Shown: positions 37,346-50,990, numbered from the stretch's first letter. The stretch: DNA of 57,667 nucleotides from Ancylonema sp. (GCA_050230475.1 JBFLGF010000189.1:1-57667); one strand, 5' to 3'. Made by a program: numbers and translations. The notes: a model not told the origin generated them from the letters alone.

Positions 37346-40300
37346 ATGGAGTCGAGCATTCCGAATGACCTTCTCGCCCAGGAAAATACAGGGGCAGATT
37401 TTTTGACGGAGTTGGACCAAGCTGAAAGTTTCTTGGCAGCTCCGACGGACGTCCCAGGTGCGGCTGTGGCAGCTGAGCCCCAGGACTCGGAAGCCGGGAC
37501 TGGACAAGGCCTGTCAGACGGCTTACTGGAAGCGGAAGAAGCTCCCCGCGGGCTTTCTTTTGCTAACAGCGGTGACTTCCTAGCGGAGCTGGAAGCTTTT
37601 TTCAAAAGTAGAGGCACGGAGTTCAAGATTCCCAAGTTTTATGGTGTTGAAGTGGACTTGTACAAGTGAGCTACCAACTCGATGTTACCAATCGATGGCT
37701 TCTTTCTCCCACACGTTTTCTTCTTGCTCCATTTTTTTGTCCCGGCCGGCGGTTTTACACCCGTCCTCCTCTCGCTCCTCTCACCCCCTTCACCCCCCGC
37801 TTGTTGTGTCCTCCTCGTTTTTGCCCCGTTTATGTGCTGCCGTTTCCTAGACTCCATATTGGTATCTAGATACCGAGCTGGCCTTCCTGCCATGGTTTGC
37901 CCCTTATACGTATTCACTTTTTCGTTCGGCAGTGGTGCTTACGTATTTCGTAGCCGATACCTTGTCCACTCAGTACCTTTTCTCTGGATGTGTCCAACAC
38001 GGGTATCCGCAAACAACGATGTCAGTTGGTCTACCCCCGCACCACTACATCCGTCATTATGCATGCATTGCTGTTTGGAGACCTCGCTTCCATGGGACGC
38101 CGAATGGAAGCAAACGAGTCAGCAGGGTGACACCTGTCCACTGAGTAGACAGGTGTCACCCGAGCGGCTGATGAACGGCGGTTTCTGAGAGTGAAGGTCC
38201 CTAGTGCCACATAGCGGTTGTGAGGCGCATGCATCTCAAACTCTCACACGAACGAGATGTCACCATTGTTTGCTGCTCGGTTACTATGGTTACTCGGTTA
38301 CCACTCCTTCCAAAGGCTACCAGTACGGGCTGAAATGAACACCCCTCTGTGGAAACCACCTGGGCCGCATCAGGGGGGAAGGCAGGCAGCACCATGCGGT
38401 TATCGACACTCTATGCGGTCACCGACACTGGGGAAGGTGTAGGCGCAGTAACAGTCAGGCAGATAGTTCGTACTCCGTATGTACTCATTCCGGTGCATTT
38501 CCCTTTCCCCTCTTCTGTGGTCTGTGGTCTGTGGGTCAGGCTGTGGAGAATAGTGAGTGCCCACGGGGGGTTTGAAAAAGTGACATCCAACAAGCTGTGG
38601 CGGTCTGTGGGGGACAAGTTCCACCCCCCCAAGTGAGCCCCCCGCCCCCCCCCCTCCCCCGGCTTACACCACGTTCACTCCACCCCTCCTCCCGTGCTGA
38701 CGTAATCAATGTCGGTGCTGACGTCATCCATGTCGGTGCTGACGTCACCCATGTCCCCAGGTCTTGCACCACGCTCTCCTGGTCCTTCCGAGGCTTCTAC
38801 GAGAAGGTACGGATCCACGAACCATGTCACCGTTTTTCTGGCAGCTGCCAGGTGGCGGATCGTGATTGGCAGGGGAGAGGGTGTTTGGGTCAGGCCCTGC
38901 TGGAGTACGAGAAGCACGTGGGAGTGGAGAACCTGCCACGTCAGCAGACGGTAAGAGAGGGGGCGGTGACGGGGTGGGAAGGACCAGTAGCGAGGGAGGG
39001 AGGGAGTTTGAGCCCCCCTCCTTTTTCTCCTGCAGGCGCCCAAGTTGGGGAAGAGGGCCAAAGCAGGTGGCGTCGACGCAGTAAGGGGGGCGGCTGCGCA
39101 GTTGGGGGTGGCGGTAGGCAGTGCCCATCCTCATCCTGGTGGACCGCGGGTTGGGGTTCAGAGTCCGAGCCCGAGCCCGTCCTCCAAACGCATGCGCCGC
39201 CACGACAGCTTGGGGGGTGGGCCCACCGCAGCGGCGGCAGGGGTGGAGAGGACAGAGGCCAAGACAGGGCCAGGTGGCGCCACAGGAGTGGAGGACAGGG
39301 AAGGGAGCGGGTTCCCAGCACTGAGGCCCATCAGGACGAGCCTGCCAGCTGTCCCGCCACCCGCCACGTCATCAGCCATGGTGCGGACGGAGAAGTCGCC
39401 CAACGGCGCCCCTGGGGGGCCGCCGGCCAGGGGGGGGGGGCAGAAGGGGGTGGGGGTCCCCACCCCCCCTGTGAAGAGCAGGGTGGTGCCGGGGGGATTT
39501 GAGGCCGCAGCCCTGGTGAGCGATGAGGGGCAGCCCGCGGATTGGGTGCGGATCAACGTGCAAAGGACGGTAGGAGGGGGGGGAGGAGGAGGGAGGGTGC
39601 GGTTAGGGAAGGCGATGCTGTGGTTGGGAGTAACATGGTTGTGGGGGGTGGTTGGGGGTGGGTGGATGCAGACGGAATGCTTTGAGATATATGCCCTGGT
39701 GCCGGGACTACTACGAGAAGAGGTAGGAGGGGGTGCAACCACTGATCCTATGTATGTCCATGCAAAATTGTAGCTATCCATCCATCTCTCTATCTATGTC
39801 TATCTATCCATCTATTCATCTACATATCTACCCTGACGTGAACATTTACATGCGCACGTGTATGTGTTTGCGTGTGTATATCTATGTGTGTGTGCACGTG
39901 TATGTTTACAAGCAATTGTGTGTAGGGGTATATGTATAAATCTACAATATCAAGTACATTAGTATGCACATATGTTAGTATATATTAATGTATGTATGTA
40001 TGTATATTTATGTATATGTATCTATATGAGCACATATGGAGTATCATGTCCATTTCTATTTATATAGTAATCATACTTGCGGCCATTTGCTTTGCATGTG
40101 GCATACGCCACGTGCCCCACACGGTCATGTATGAATGTCGACGTGTGGGGATTTCCATTCGACCGAATTGTGATTAAAAAACTTTTAATCCCTAATTTCA
40201 TGTTTTACTGCTTTTTGTTTTGGCATCAGTAGTTTGTAATTGCACCATTCTCATTAACATTTAAATTTCGTGTGATCATTGTATTTTCTTGGAATGGCTA

Positions 40301-41414
40301 TAAATATTATATACAGATCGTATATAGACAAGTCGGACATCTATATGAATTTACGTTTATCTAACATACATGATCCATTTTTCAATTCTAATGTTTTATT
40401 TCCTTTTATTCGACTATTTTGTCAACTTAATTCTTGTTGCATTAAATCACATTGTAATCACATCTGAGTATCAATATGTCACGGTTAGGCTGCTGAGTGA
40501 GAAGGGAATTAGCCTCAATGTATTCAATCGAAAACGGTTTGCTGAAAAGAATCCTTGGTAGTAAAAGTTTCAAGCACAAGGATAGCATCTGGACAAAAAA
40601 ACGTACCTTCGCCCCACACGCCCCTCATGTGCGCATGTAGCTGAGATTACCTTCTTAGATGTACCCTTAGATGTGCCCTCTCCGAGAGACACGGGACCAC
40701 GTGATCGAGCTTTAAACTACCCAGCTTTGCCCATCGTGTAGTTCGAAAATCTAGTTAGAACATATTGCGACGTACGGAAACCGTACATATGCCTACCAAG
40801 CATGTGTAATTTGGAGTGTGGTACGATTTCTCCTTGGTTGGTGCAACACTTCCAACCTTCCAAATGCATTTGTTGCGGGGCTTCCAAGTAGGGTGGGTAG
40901 TGGTCACCCACCTTCGCTCTTGTTGTTGGATCCTTGTGTGCAGGTGAGGGTTCAGATCGAGTCCGGCGGCAAGTTGGTGATTGCGGGAGATCCGGAGCAG
41001 CCCGAAAACCCGTGGGGGGTCACGGCATTCAAGAAGGTGGGACCCATCCCTTCAATGCCTCCAATTCAATCAATCTGGAACTCAGAAACGAATTTTACTT
41101 CTCCCCCATCGCGGTTGGGTTACTTTGTCGCCTAAAAAGAAACCAGTCATGGTTTAGATCGATGGTTTTTTTTCCCGATGGTTTCGATACTATCCAAGTG
41201 CTAATCACAATCTTGCATTCATTTTTCCTTCCAGGTCATCCTTTTGCCCACTTGTATCAACGCCCACCAGACCTCCGCGGTCATTACTCTTCATGGGCAG
41301 TTATATGTGCGGGCGCCGATTGCGAGGGGGGGGGAGGTGATTGGAGCTGGGGCAATGACTTTCCTCGACCCGTCTCGGGACATGAAAGCAAATGCGGGCT
41401 CAGCTTTCTTCTGA
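37346..41414 (+). CDS. ARID/BRIGHT DNA-binding protein with C-terminal HSP20/alpha-crystallin-like domain (AtARID3-type / LjSIP1-like)
   Basis: ARID: FFKSRGTEFKIPKFYGVEVDLYK-LWRIVSAHGGFEKVT...KLWRSVGDKFHPPK-SCTTLSWSFRGFYEK-ALLEYE. HSP20-like: PADWVRINVQRT-ECFEIYALVPGLLREE-VRVQ...PENPWGVTAFKK-VILLP..INAHQTSAVITLHGQLYVRAP. Stop at 41412-41414. Confidence 0.9.
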
Positions 41415-43269
41415 TTTCGCAAACTTCACGGGCGGGCACCGAATTCCGCGTAGGGGAGGGGACGGATTTTTACTTTGGAAGTTGACGCTCGGGAATATAT
41501 GTGACCCGAAAGTATTTGTACCATGTTAAGAAGTGCGATGTTGTTGGTGTGTGAGGAGGGGAAAGCGATTCCGGTGAGGGAGGAGTGTGTACTATGTGTT
41601 CATTTTGTAGGGCTTCAAAAGGGACGCCATTTTGTGGGATATGTACGAATACGGGGTGTGAAGTTGCAGAAAAAATGTTGTGCTTTATTGGGATTGCATG
41701 AGGGTTGAGGGGAGATAAGACACTTGTCCATTGTTTGTGTTCTCAAGGTTGTCTTCGGAAGGGAATGTTGTTCATCTTTACACCCTAGTGTGCGGTGTGG
41801 TTTTGTGTAATGGAAGATGAAACGTTGTGGCTCATAATTTATGACCACATCGATGTAATGAAAAAGTGAAGAGAGTTTTGAAAGACGGCCATTCGTCAAT
41901 TTCGTTTTGAAAGAAGGTCATTCATTCGTTTATTTCTCGACAAACAAGCGGCTTCTCCACTAGTTTTGTGCGCTCAGTTATTTACGTGTGTATAACACCC
42001 GTCCGGAAATTCTGAAAGATGCGCGTACCCAACTATGATCGAAACCATAGATGTATAGGCCTGTCGTATTCTCCGCCGGGTACAGTGCTCCCTCGTTATG
42101 AAAAAAAAGAGAATATGTGGAAAGATACACCAAGACTTGTCATGAAGTGAACTACAGTAGTTCCGTATTGTGAACCACAAACAAAATACACGATGTTGTA
42201 TACATTTCAACTCACCAAAATAATCCAAACCCTAGGTGTACATTTTCGTGATTGGAAACGGATCACAAGATAGTCACCAACAACTTCTAACATGGCATAA
42301 CAAACGTACACAAATTAACAACGACATGATTTTGACCCTAAGCTCAATGAAATAAATGTTGAATATTTGTTTGCCTCCCACCCATAATTTCTAACAATTG
42401 CATCGACGTGAATCTGTTACCAAAATGTTATAGCTCTGACGTATATTTGCCATGGCAAGTCGAATATGTTCTGGAGAATTTTGATCAGTACCGTTCAAAA
42501 GAATTCTATATATTCTCAATTTCCATATTTTTCTCGATTTTCATCATCTTATTGGACTTGTGAGTCGGATCGGTCAGAATCTAACATGGAATGCATGATT
42601 TAGATTTTCTTTCCGCTCGTATATTTGTGTATGCGTCTTTTTCAGTTTTATTTGTTGCATGTGCGCGAATCACGGTACATGCAACATCCTAAAGCCTCTC
42701 AGTCGACGGCCACGTCCTCAAAAAATTTTCGAAAGGTCTCTATATCAGCCTCCGTGTGAGAACGAGCAAGAATTTTTTTTCTTCTTTTTTTATTCTGAAG
42801 TATTTGATGACCGATAAACCGCCTTATCTCCGATGAGAATTATGAGATATTCATTTGGGAATTAACAAACACGACCCCGATTGGGGAAACAAGATCGTTG
42901 TATCGTTTCTTACGAGGTTCCACATGGATTATGCCGAATACGAGGTCGATCGAAAAAAACTCTAATTGCCAAAACGAAGGTCATATCGGAATTGGGAAGC
43001 ATCATAACATGAAAATGCGATGTGACGAATGATTATACTTTGAAAGGACGTGGGCCACGCATCTATCTACACATACGTCGATTTTTCCCCACCTACCGTT
43101 AGGGCTGCGTTTTGGCCCTAAAACATCCAGGCTCTTTGTTTACGCTACAAAGCCAAGGCATCAAAACATAGTGACGTTTGTAAAATCAAATTGAAATGGA
43201 AATTGATAAGTGTGGTTGAATGATGAGTTTGTTCGACATGCCAAAATGCATACACGTTACAAAAAATTG

Positions 43270-44900
43270 TACAGCCGTACGACATCGTGGAGCATCGCCA
43301 GGTTAAGGGTGAGATGATCAGACGCGCCAGAATCAACCAGAATCTTGTCGTGTTCTGGTATGCACACCAGCGCCTCGGTGTTAAACATGCAGCCCTATGA
43401 CACTCCCGCTTCCTCAAAATTTGTCGTCTTTTTGACCCGCCTCGGCTACTCACTGCTCCTCTCCTTCCCCCTATCATCCGTCGCTGACGATTTCTCCTTC
43501 CCCGCCTTCTTCATCCGGAAGGTCACCTCGAGGTGGCCCGTGGCGTGGCAGAAATTGCAGGCGAGGTGTTTCTTCGGGCAGTCAGGCTTCAGATGATCTG
43601 GACTGTCGCATCCGAAACAACGAAGCTTGAGGTTGCTACCGCTGCCCCTTGGGCCCCGCCCAGGGCCGCCCCCACCCCGCCCACCTCCTCGTGAGGAGCC
43701 ACCAGTGCCACGTCCGCCACCTCGACCGCTCCTACCGGCACCAGATACATAAAACGTCTCGTTAGCCACGTAAGCATTCGACTTCTTTCCACCCACAAAT
43801 TCATCAATTCTATCCGCATCCTCAAAGTGCTCGAAAATCTCATTCAGCGTAGGATTTGCAACAGACGAAAGAAGTTTGACTTGCAACGCCCATTGGGGGG
43901 ATGGTGTTGCAAGGAAAGCGGCAGCCAAGAGTTCCTCCGTCAAACCCTCCACCGAAGCCGTTCGGGCGTTGATGACGAGCTGAAGGAACCCGCGTTGTAG
44001 AGTAGCGGCAGTATCCGAGTCACTCATTTCGAATGATATGAGCGCCCCAAGGGCAATCCGCTTCTCTGCTATAGTCCGCTTGTTGTACTTCTGGTCTAAG
44101 CGCTTCGGCGCTTCGAAAGGATCCGAAAGATCCCGGATCTCCTCCAGATGGTAGACGTCAAGGATTTGATGTAGACAGAATAGAAGTTGTGCCTCCTTCA
44201 CCTCGAACGTCCTCCTCAAGGCCTCCTTGGCCTCGATCTCCTCTTCATTCAAAAGTCGCCCCACAGTACCACGAGGGGCATCCGCTGGCACCGCGTCATG
44301 GACTTCGGGAAGGCGAGGCGGTCTTGTCTTTGAACCGCTGGCTATGCCCGCATAGCCCTTCACCCTGCTGAACGTGTAGAAGACCAACTCCCATGTAGAC
44401 CAAGTCTTTTGGCCCGTTAGTTTTACTGATACGCCCTGTGCTCTGATACCAATGGATGTATTAGCTTGATCTAGCCCTAGATCCATAACTCAATACAATT
44501 GCTCTCAAGACTCAAATGAGAAGTATGATCTCCTGTTCTTTGTGTGATGGATTTATAACCATGAACTCATAATCATTGAGAATAAGCACCAATACTCAAT
44601 ACTCAAAGAATGTGTCACTTCCAAAGAAAAATGATAGTGTGCAAAAGAGATTTCTCCAAGTTGTTAATAGCTCCATGATAAACAAATGAAATATATAGGC
44701 AAAGACAATTGCCTAGAGCTAATGTCGAAATGACTTAAGTGGCTCCTTCCCTATGACAAGGCTACTTGTTGTCATTCATACAAGACATCTAAGCCACCCT
44801 AGCTTGTAGTGATGCCTATGCTTGCCATATGTCAAATATTCCACCCTATAATCTTCGCCACCTAATCATAATTCATACATGACATACATGTGTCAAATAC
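43270..44900 (-). mobile_element. Truncated Ty1/Copia LTR retrotransposon (5' LTR, tRNA-iMet PBS, gag, start of protease)
   Basis: PBS TGGTATCAGAGC (44451-44440), adjacent to an LTR ending in CA at ~44453. Gag ORF with an RGG-rich tract and zinc knuckles CFGCDSPDHLKPDC and CNFCHATGHLEVTF. Beyond two in-frame TAGs, the same frame gives the Copia protease motif ILVDSGASDHLT (Asp at 43334-43332). The outer LTR boundary is approximate. Confidence 0.85.
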
Positions 44901-45264
44901 GTGGCATGTTTACATGCAAAGGTGTCAAATTTTGACACCTTATTGCCACCTCCTTATAATTTGGACACCTCATGTGCCACCTCACCCAAAAACGTATTTT
45001 GCCCTCCAAAAAAAACAGAAAACAAAATACCCTGGTGCATAATATTAAGGTCGACAGCCGAAAGGTAAACTTTCGAGTAGAAAGTTCGGTTGTCAAACGG
45101 AGCGTTGACAGATGACTGAGCGTTGACAGATGTTGATTGATGGATTAGGTTTGTTGGTTCAGTTAGAACGTCAACAAGTGGTTGCGCGTCGTTATCGTAT
45201 TGGCTCGGTACGAGCGGTAACAGATCAGTTATGGCTTAGTAAGAGCGTCAGCAACGTGGTAGAC

Positions 45265-45494
45265 GGTTAGGACTGGCTCAGTAAGAGCGTCAGTACTAAG
45301 ATGTGCTGGTAAACAATCAAGTTTACAGGCTGGCTCAGTAAGAGCATCAGCAGAATACACAAGTAATGACAGGAAGTTGCGAAGGTCACTTCGGTCAACT
45401 TACAGAATTCGTCGACGGTAGTCGCACGAGTAATCGTAGACAAGACACGAAGATGATGGCAAGAACTGGCGTCAGAGGATACAATTGACACGAT
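45265..45494 (+). repeat. ~230-bp direct repeat, copy 1 (copy 2 at 50991-51240)
   Basis: GGTTAGGACTGGCTCA(G/C)TAAGAGCGTCAGTACTAA...GGTCACTTCGGTCAACTT...GATGATGGCAAGA...ATACAATTGACA is shared by both copies with scattered substitutions. Confidence 0.9.
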
Positions 45495-46011
45495 TTTGAG
45501 AGAATATATTTTGAAAGTTTATTGACGGCGCAATCAGACAGCGGAAGCTAGCAGATATGTACAAAAAAATGCCTTTATGCTACGATCGTCTAATCGTAAA
45601 AACTAACTAGAGTTAATCGACATGGTAAATCGACAGGTTGTACTCTAGAAATCTCTATTTAATCTTGGCGCTACAAATTCAGACGTCAAGTATTCTACGG
45701 CTGGATTTTATCGCCGGGATAATATCGACAAGTCGGAAAAATCATCGTCGATAACAAAGTTGCGCGAAGCGCTGAAAAATCGACACGCAATCTAAAGTGT
45801 ACGACTGCTGGATATTACACTCGGAAAAATACGCCACGCGTTATTTTCGAGTTTACAAAAAGTTGTTGGATTTTGCGGAGTACTGATTCTAACTTCACAC
45901 AAAATCATGAAATCTTTATATCGATTGCTTCTAACAAGGTATTTTACTAGAGAGGTCTGGATATTGTCATAAAGGGGTTTTACCCTTAACGATCTCTAGC
46001 GTCATGACAGC

Positions 46012-46127
46012 TGACGTGCGGTTTGGAGTCGGTTGCTCATGATGGGTTTCTGTATGTGGGGGTATATCTCTTTACTGGTCTTGGTGTCGATGTCGATAGT
46101 AGACGTAGTATGGCTCCGCTGCTCTCA
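46012..46127 (-). repeat. Short (116 bp) 3' LTR of the Gypsy element, with polypurine tract
   Basis: On the minus strand it reads TGAGAGCAGC...CCGCACGTCA (TG...CA), immediately preceded by a G11 polypurine tract (46138-46128). Confidence 0.75.
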
Positions 46128-49100
46128 CCCCCCCCCCCGAGTTGTGGAATTCTCGTGGAAGAGCTGGGTATTTGGAGCAGCGTCATCGTGGTGGTGAGGA
46201 CAAAACCATTGTCCAACAAGAATGCTAGGTAATGGAGGACGAAGGCAGTAGATGTGATAGCCGTCGTTGCAGTTATCACCGAGAATGATGTTGCGTTCAT
46301 CTTTGCGGGATCCGCATTGACGACAGAATGTAGGGTTTGCGCTGTTGAAGCGGCTCACGTCAATTTCATCATCCTAATGCTGAGGCTACATGGTGATATG
46401 TTGGCCATTTGCTCCCAATATTCTTCGTCCATCTTTGAATGTATCCGGAGGGACGGATTTGAGTGATCTTGAGTATTTGTGGGTGAGTCTTTACATCGAG
46501 AGTCCCTTTGGTCTGGCGTTTTGACAGTTGCCGCGCACCATAAACAAACTGTTTGCGGTGAAAGCGTGGTTTTGCTCTGGCCTTTGCTCTAGCCCAGTTG
46601 CCACTATGAACTCGGAAGTATTGATGTCGATCTCTTTGTTGTGCTATGGCGAGGTTGCGCATAGCAAGAGGCATGCCTTCCTCAAATAGTTTGCTGCGTT
46701 CGTGAATGAATTGTGGTAAGTCACGTAGTGCGTCGGGTAAAGGGTCATTTTCAGCTTGTTGGATTTGAGATTGAAAGATGGGGTGTCTTCCATATAGTAA
46801 ATAGTATAGGCTTGTTTGGTCATGCGGTAACCCATGGCTACGTATGGTAGGTACAGATCCCAATCTGTGCGGTGTTCTTTGAGTAGTATTTTGCGTAGAG
46901 AAAGTTTCATGGTTTGTACCATGCGTTCAGCTAATCCATCTGTTGTAGATGTTCTCTGGCTGCAGTGCGGTGTGTGATGTTGTGTCCAGCTAGTAAATTG
47001 GTGAAGGAACCTTCAAATTCTGCTCCTTGATCAGTGTGGATGTCTCCTGGTGCACCAAATCTGGAAAGAACATTGTATGATAGTGCGTTGGCTGCGGATT
47101 TGGCAAATTTATCCTTGAGTGGGATGAGTTCCACCCATTTAGTGAAGTGTTCAACAAAGATCATGACATAGATATTGCCATGTGTGGATGTTGGTAATGG
47201 TCCTGCGAAGTCGACTCCCCAACGGTAAAATAGTCCACGTATAGGCAGAGGTTGTAGTTGTATTCTTCCTTCTGCAAATGTGCCTTTCGAGCGTGAACAG
47301 TTGGCACAGTCTTTGATACACTGAATGACTTGGTCACCCATTCCGTGCCACCAATAGTCTTGTTGAAGTGCATGAAGTACTCTTTTGACACCAAAATGAC
47401 CATCGAGTGTGCATGGTCTTGATCAATGGTAATCTTTTTGGTGGTGGGGGTACAATTTCAAATGTCCGGTGTGGGGTATTTTGTATACATATCTCCCCAT
47501 CCAGCGGTATTTGAGTGCTCGGCGGTATGCCCGATCCTTTTTTTGTTGGTTCAGAGTTGGTATGTATTGGTGGGTTTTGAGTAATGTCATGGTCGCATTA
47601 TCATCCCAAATGTCAACTTTGAGGTCTTCAGGTTGTGGTATTTTCTGGTGGTAACTGAGGTAGTATGATGGTGATACTTGAATAGTTGGGGATGTCTGGA
47701 AGTAATAACATGGTGTTTTCTCTCCCAATGTCTCAATCTCATGGTTTTATGTGGTGGTTTCAGGTAGTGAACATCGGCTACATCCATCCGCGTTAGAGCT
47801 TGCAATGCCGGGGCGGTGAATAACCTAAAATTCGTATTCTTGGAGTAGGAGTGCCCATCGTGCCAATTTGCCCGTAAATTTTGTAGTAGTCATAATCCAT
47901 TTGAGTGGAGCATGGTCAGTGATCAAGTAAATGGTTTGCCAAATAGGAATTGTCTGAAGTGTTGTGCTGCCCAAATGACTGCAAGACACTCTCCATGGAA
48001 GCTACTATAATTTTTCTATGCGTTGTTGCAGCTGCGGGTGGCAAATGCGACTGCATATTCTTGTCCTTCGTTATCAACCTGACTGAGTACCGCACCTAAT
48101 CCATGAGCACTCCAATCGGTAGCCAGAATGTATGGTAAGTTGGTATCAAGTCGTCTAAGGACAAGTTCAGAGCAGAGCCTGTTTTTGAGTTCTTTGAATG
48201 CAGTATCTTGAGAGTCATCCCAGTGCCATTTGACATCACCTTTGAGAAGTCCATTGAGTGGTGAAGCAATACTGGAAAAGTGTGGTACAAATTTTTGGTA
48301 GTAAGAAAATAGTCCAAGGGCTGCTCGTAGTTGGTGAATATCCATGGGTGCAGGCATATCCTGGATTGCTCTGGTTTTCTCATCTTGTGGTGCAATACCT
48401 TTACCTGAGATCTTATGTCCCAAGAAGTCCATCTCATCTGCAAAGAATAAACATTTGCCTGGATGACATTTGATTTTGAATTGTCGCAAGCGGTGAAACA
48501 CTTGACGGAGATGTTGAATGTGGTCGTTGAAAGTGCTGCTCTAGTTGCTAATGTCATCAGTATAGCACCGGGAGTTGCGAAGACCAGCTGAAATGCGACC
48601 CATAGTGCGTTGGAAGAAAGGAGGTGCGTTTTTCAATCCATATGGTACAACATTCCATTCATACAGTTGACGGTCTGCTCCCCAAAATGCAGTTTTACAT
48701 TTGTCTTCCTCAGCGATTGGTATTTGGTGGTACCCTTGTCGTAAGTCCAGTTTGGAAAAGATCTGAGCATCCTTCATATCAAGAAAAATGTCCTCAATGC
48801 GTGGTAATTGATATCTGTCCTGTTGTGTTTGGTTGTTGATAGGGCGGTAATCTCCACATTGACGATAGTCTGTGTAGTTGCCTTCTTCATCCTTTTTGCG
48901 AACAACGACTGTGGCGGAAGCGTAATGGTTGCTATCATCGCTTTTTCGAATCATACCAAGTTCCAGAAGTTTTTGTCAGTTGCCGCGCACAAATCCCCAT
49001 TCTGTTTCAGACAGGCGGTGTGAGTTTTGGAAAATTGGTTGTGTAGTTTGGTGTGGTATTTCCATAGGTGTATGCTAGAAGGTAGTAGTTCTTCTAAAGA

Positions 49101-49519
49101 GAATGCGAATACATCTATATTTTCCTCGAGTAGTTCAATAACTTGAAGTTTTTGTTCCTTTGTCAAATTATTGTCTATCTTCCATGTAATTGGTTCGATC
49201 TCTGTGGTAAGATTGTTGTCGTGAGGTTGAGAAATGACATTATCATCTGTAACCGTGGTAGATTGATAATCAGTTTCAAATAATAGTGCCTGAGTCATGG
49301 AGATAGCGTGGTTCCGAAGTTGTGGTTCATTGTTTGGTACAATGTGTGCATAGTCATGGTTTGGGTAAAATTTTGATGTTTGGTTATCATAGTGAAGTGT
49401 ATGATATGCTTGTGGTATTTGGTTGTTGCCCCCCCCCCCCTATCATTGGTCGAAATGGTGGGGTTTGATTCCTATGGGAGGTTGTATGATGGTATTGCAT
49501 GAGTAGCCATAATCATGCC

Positions 49520-50490
49520 TCCTAGCCATGGCCATGTTGCGATCCATAGTTCTGCCCAACATAACTTTACGTTGGTCTTCCGTGATTCCTGGCACATGTA
49601 TCGCCGTTGTCAATCCCATGAGTCGTTCCCGTTCCTAGACGTTTGCTTCTTCCCAACGATGTTGTGTGTCAACATTGTAAAGCATGCCTGGTCCTGGTTC
49701 TTTCCATCGTTGAAAAGTGAACTGGTAACTGCCTGGGTAAGACACTAGAGTAGGTAATGCTCGGCGAGGTTGTCCAATTTTGTTAATTGGTGTAAATGGT
49801 GGTTTGTCATCGGTCAAGACCTTGTTAGGTCTGTGGTGTGGTTCCAGTATGTTGTCCAGAGGTGGTTAAGACCTTGTTAGGTCTGTGGTGTGGTTCCAGT
49901 ATTTTGTCTAGAGGTGGTAGGTTGGGTACATGTGGTATAGCGAGTTCCAGAATGTTTGGTGCCAACCAGTTGGTCCATAAACAACGAACTCTGTGTGCGG
50001 TACTACCAAAGCTACATGTATCGACAACTGCTGGAAAGCCTAGAAAAGATTTGATGAGAGTAGTGGTATCCTGTACCTCTTTGATGAGGTCACAGAATGG
50101 GTATGTGTTTTCAAGAACGAATACTGGTGGGAATTTTTTGCGGTCGTAGTATCCTTTGCCTTGTCCTGCCTTGTTGATCATCTGGCAGTCCCATCCTGCA
50201 AATATGAAGTCGATTGGTCCTCGTTGTGCAATGAGTTTGTCCAAATCATCGTTGGATATTTTGGAAATATCATGATCGAGACGTGTGTCAAACCCTTTGA
50301 TTGCACTAGTGGGTAGTAGTCCGGGATATCGAGTTTGTATCTTTGGTAAGAAAGCTCTGGTTACTCTCGAGCATCTTCATCGATACCTGTGTTGGTGTAG
50401 GTGCCAATCTTTTTGCCTTGTTCGACAGTCATTATGGCTCCACTGCAACTCATGCCCCCAAATGGTTCCCAAACATGTAGTCCATTTTGC
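49520..50490 (-). pseudogene. Retrotransposon-borne DNMT3/DRM-like C5 cytosine methyltransferase domain (disrupted)
   Basis: Motifs occur in canonical order: I-like LHVWEPFGG; IV-like GPIDFIFAGWDCQMINKAG; VI FVLEN; VIII AHRVRCLWTN; IX-X ERERLMGLT...TEDQRKVMLGRTMD. Broken by frameshifts, a TAG at 49635-49637 and a 52-bp tandem duplication. Confidence 0.8.
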
Positions 50491-50990
50491 AGTGCTTTGG
50501 GGTCAAAACGTGCGGTGTAGTCTGGTGTGATAGGAACCGCGTTCACGAATTGGTACACCCTTCCACTCAGTCCATGGTGGTAATGGTGATGTGTTGGCTT
50601 TGTCAATAGCATTGCGTAGGTAGGAAGCGCTGTGAATGCGTAGAGTATTGAGGCGGTTAGTTGCATGGTGTTCGTTAACTTGGTTCAGACATTTCGCTGC
50701 CATGTTCAATTGTGGTCGAATGGCTTGACGAATATCCGTGTGTTTGGTAGTGGCGAGATAGACCATGGTATTGGTTTCCCATTCTTGCAAGTTTGGTTCG
50801 TATGGTTGTTCTTGCGATGCATCAGATGAGTATTCTGGTTCGTGCAAACCATGTTTGGCAATATTGAATTCAAATGCGGTGAGTACATCATCGTCCTCAA
50901 AAGAATAATAACGCAAGATTGGGTTCTTGCATGAAAGTATCTACAGATGAAGTATATTTTTAAACAGATAGGTAACAGAATAAAAAGATA

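Noticed and set aside
38597..39781. Several long overlapping Gly/Pro-rich ORFs on both strands
   Set aside because: They result from GC-rich exons and G/C-run introns of the ARID gene.
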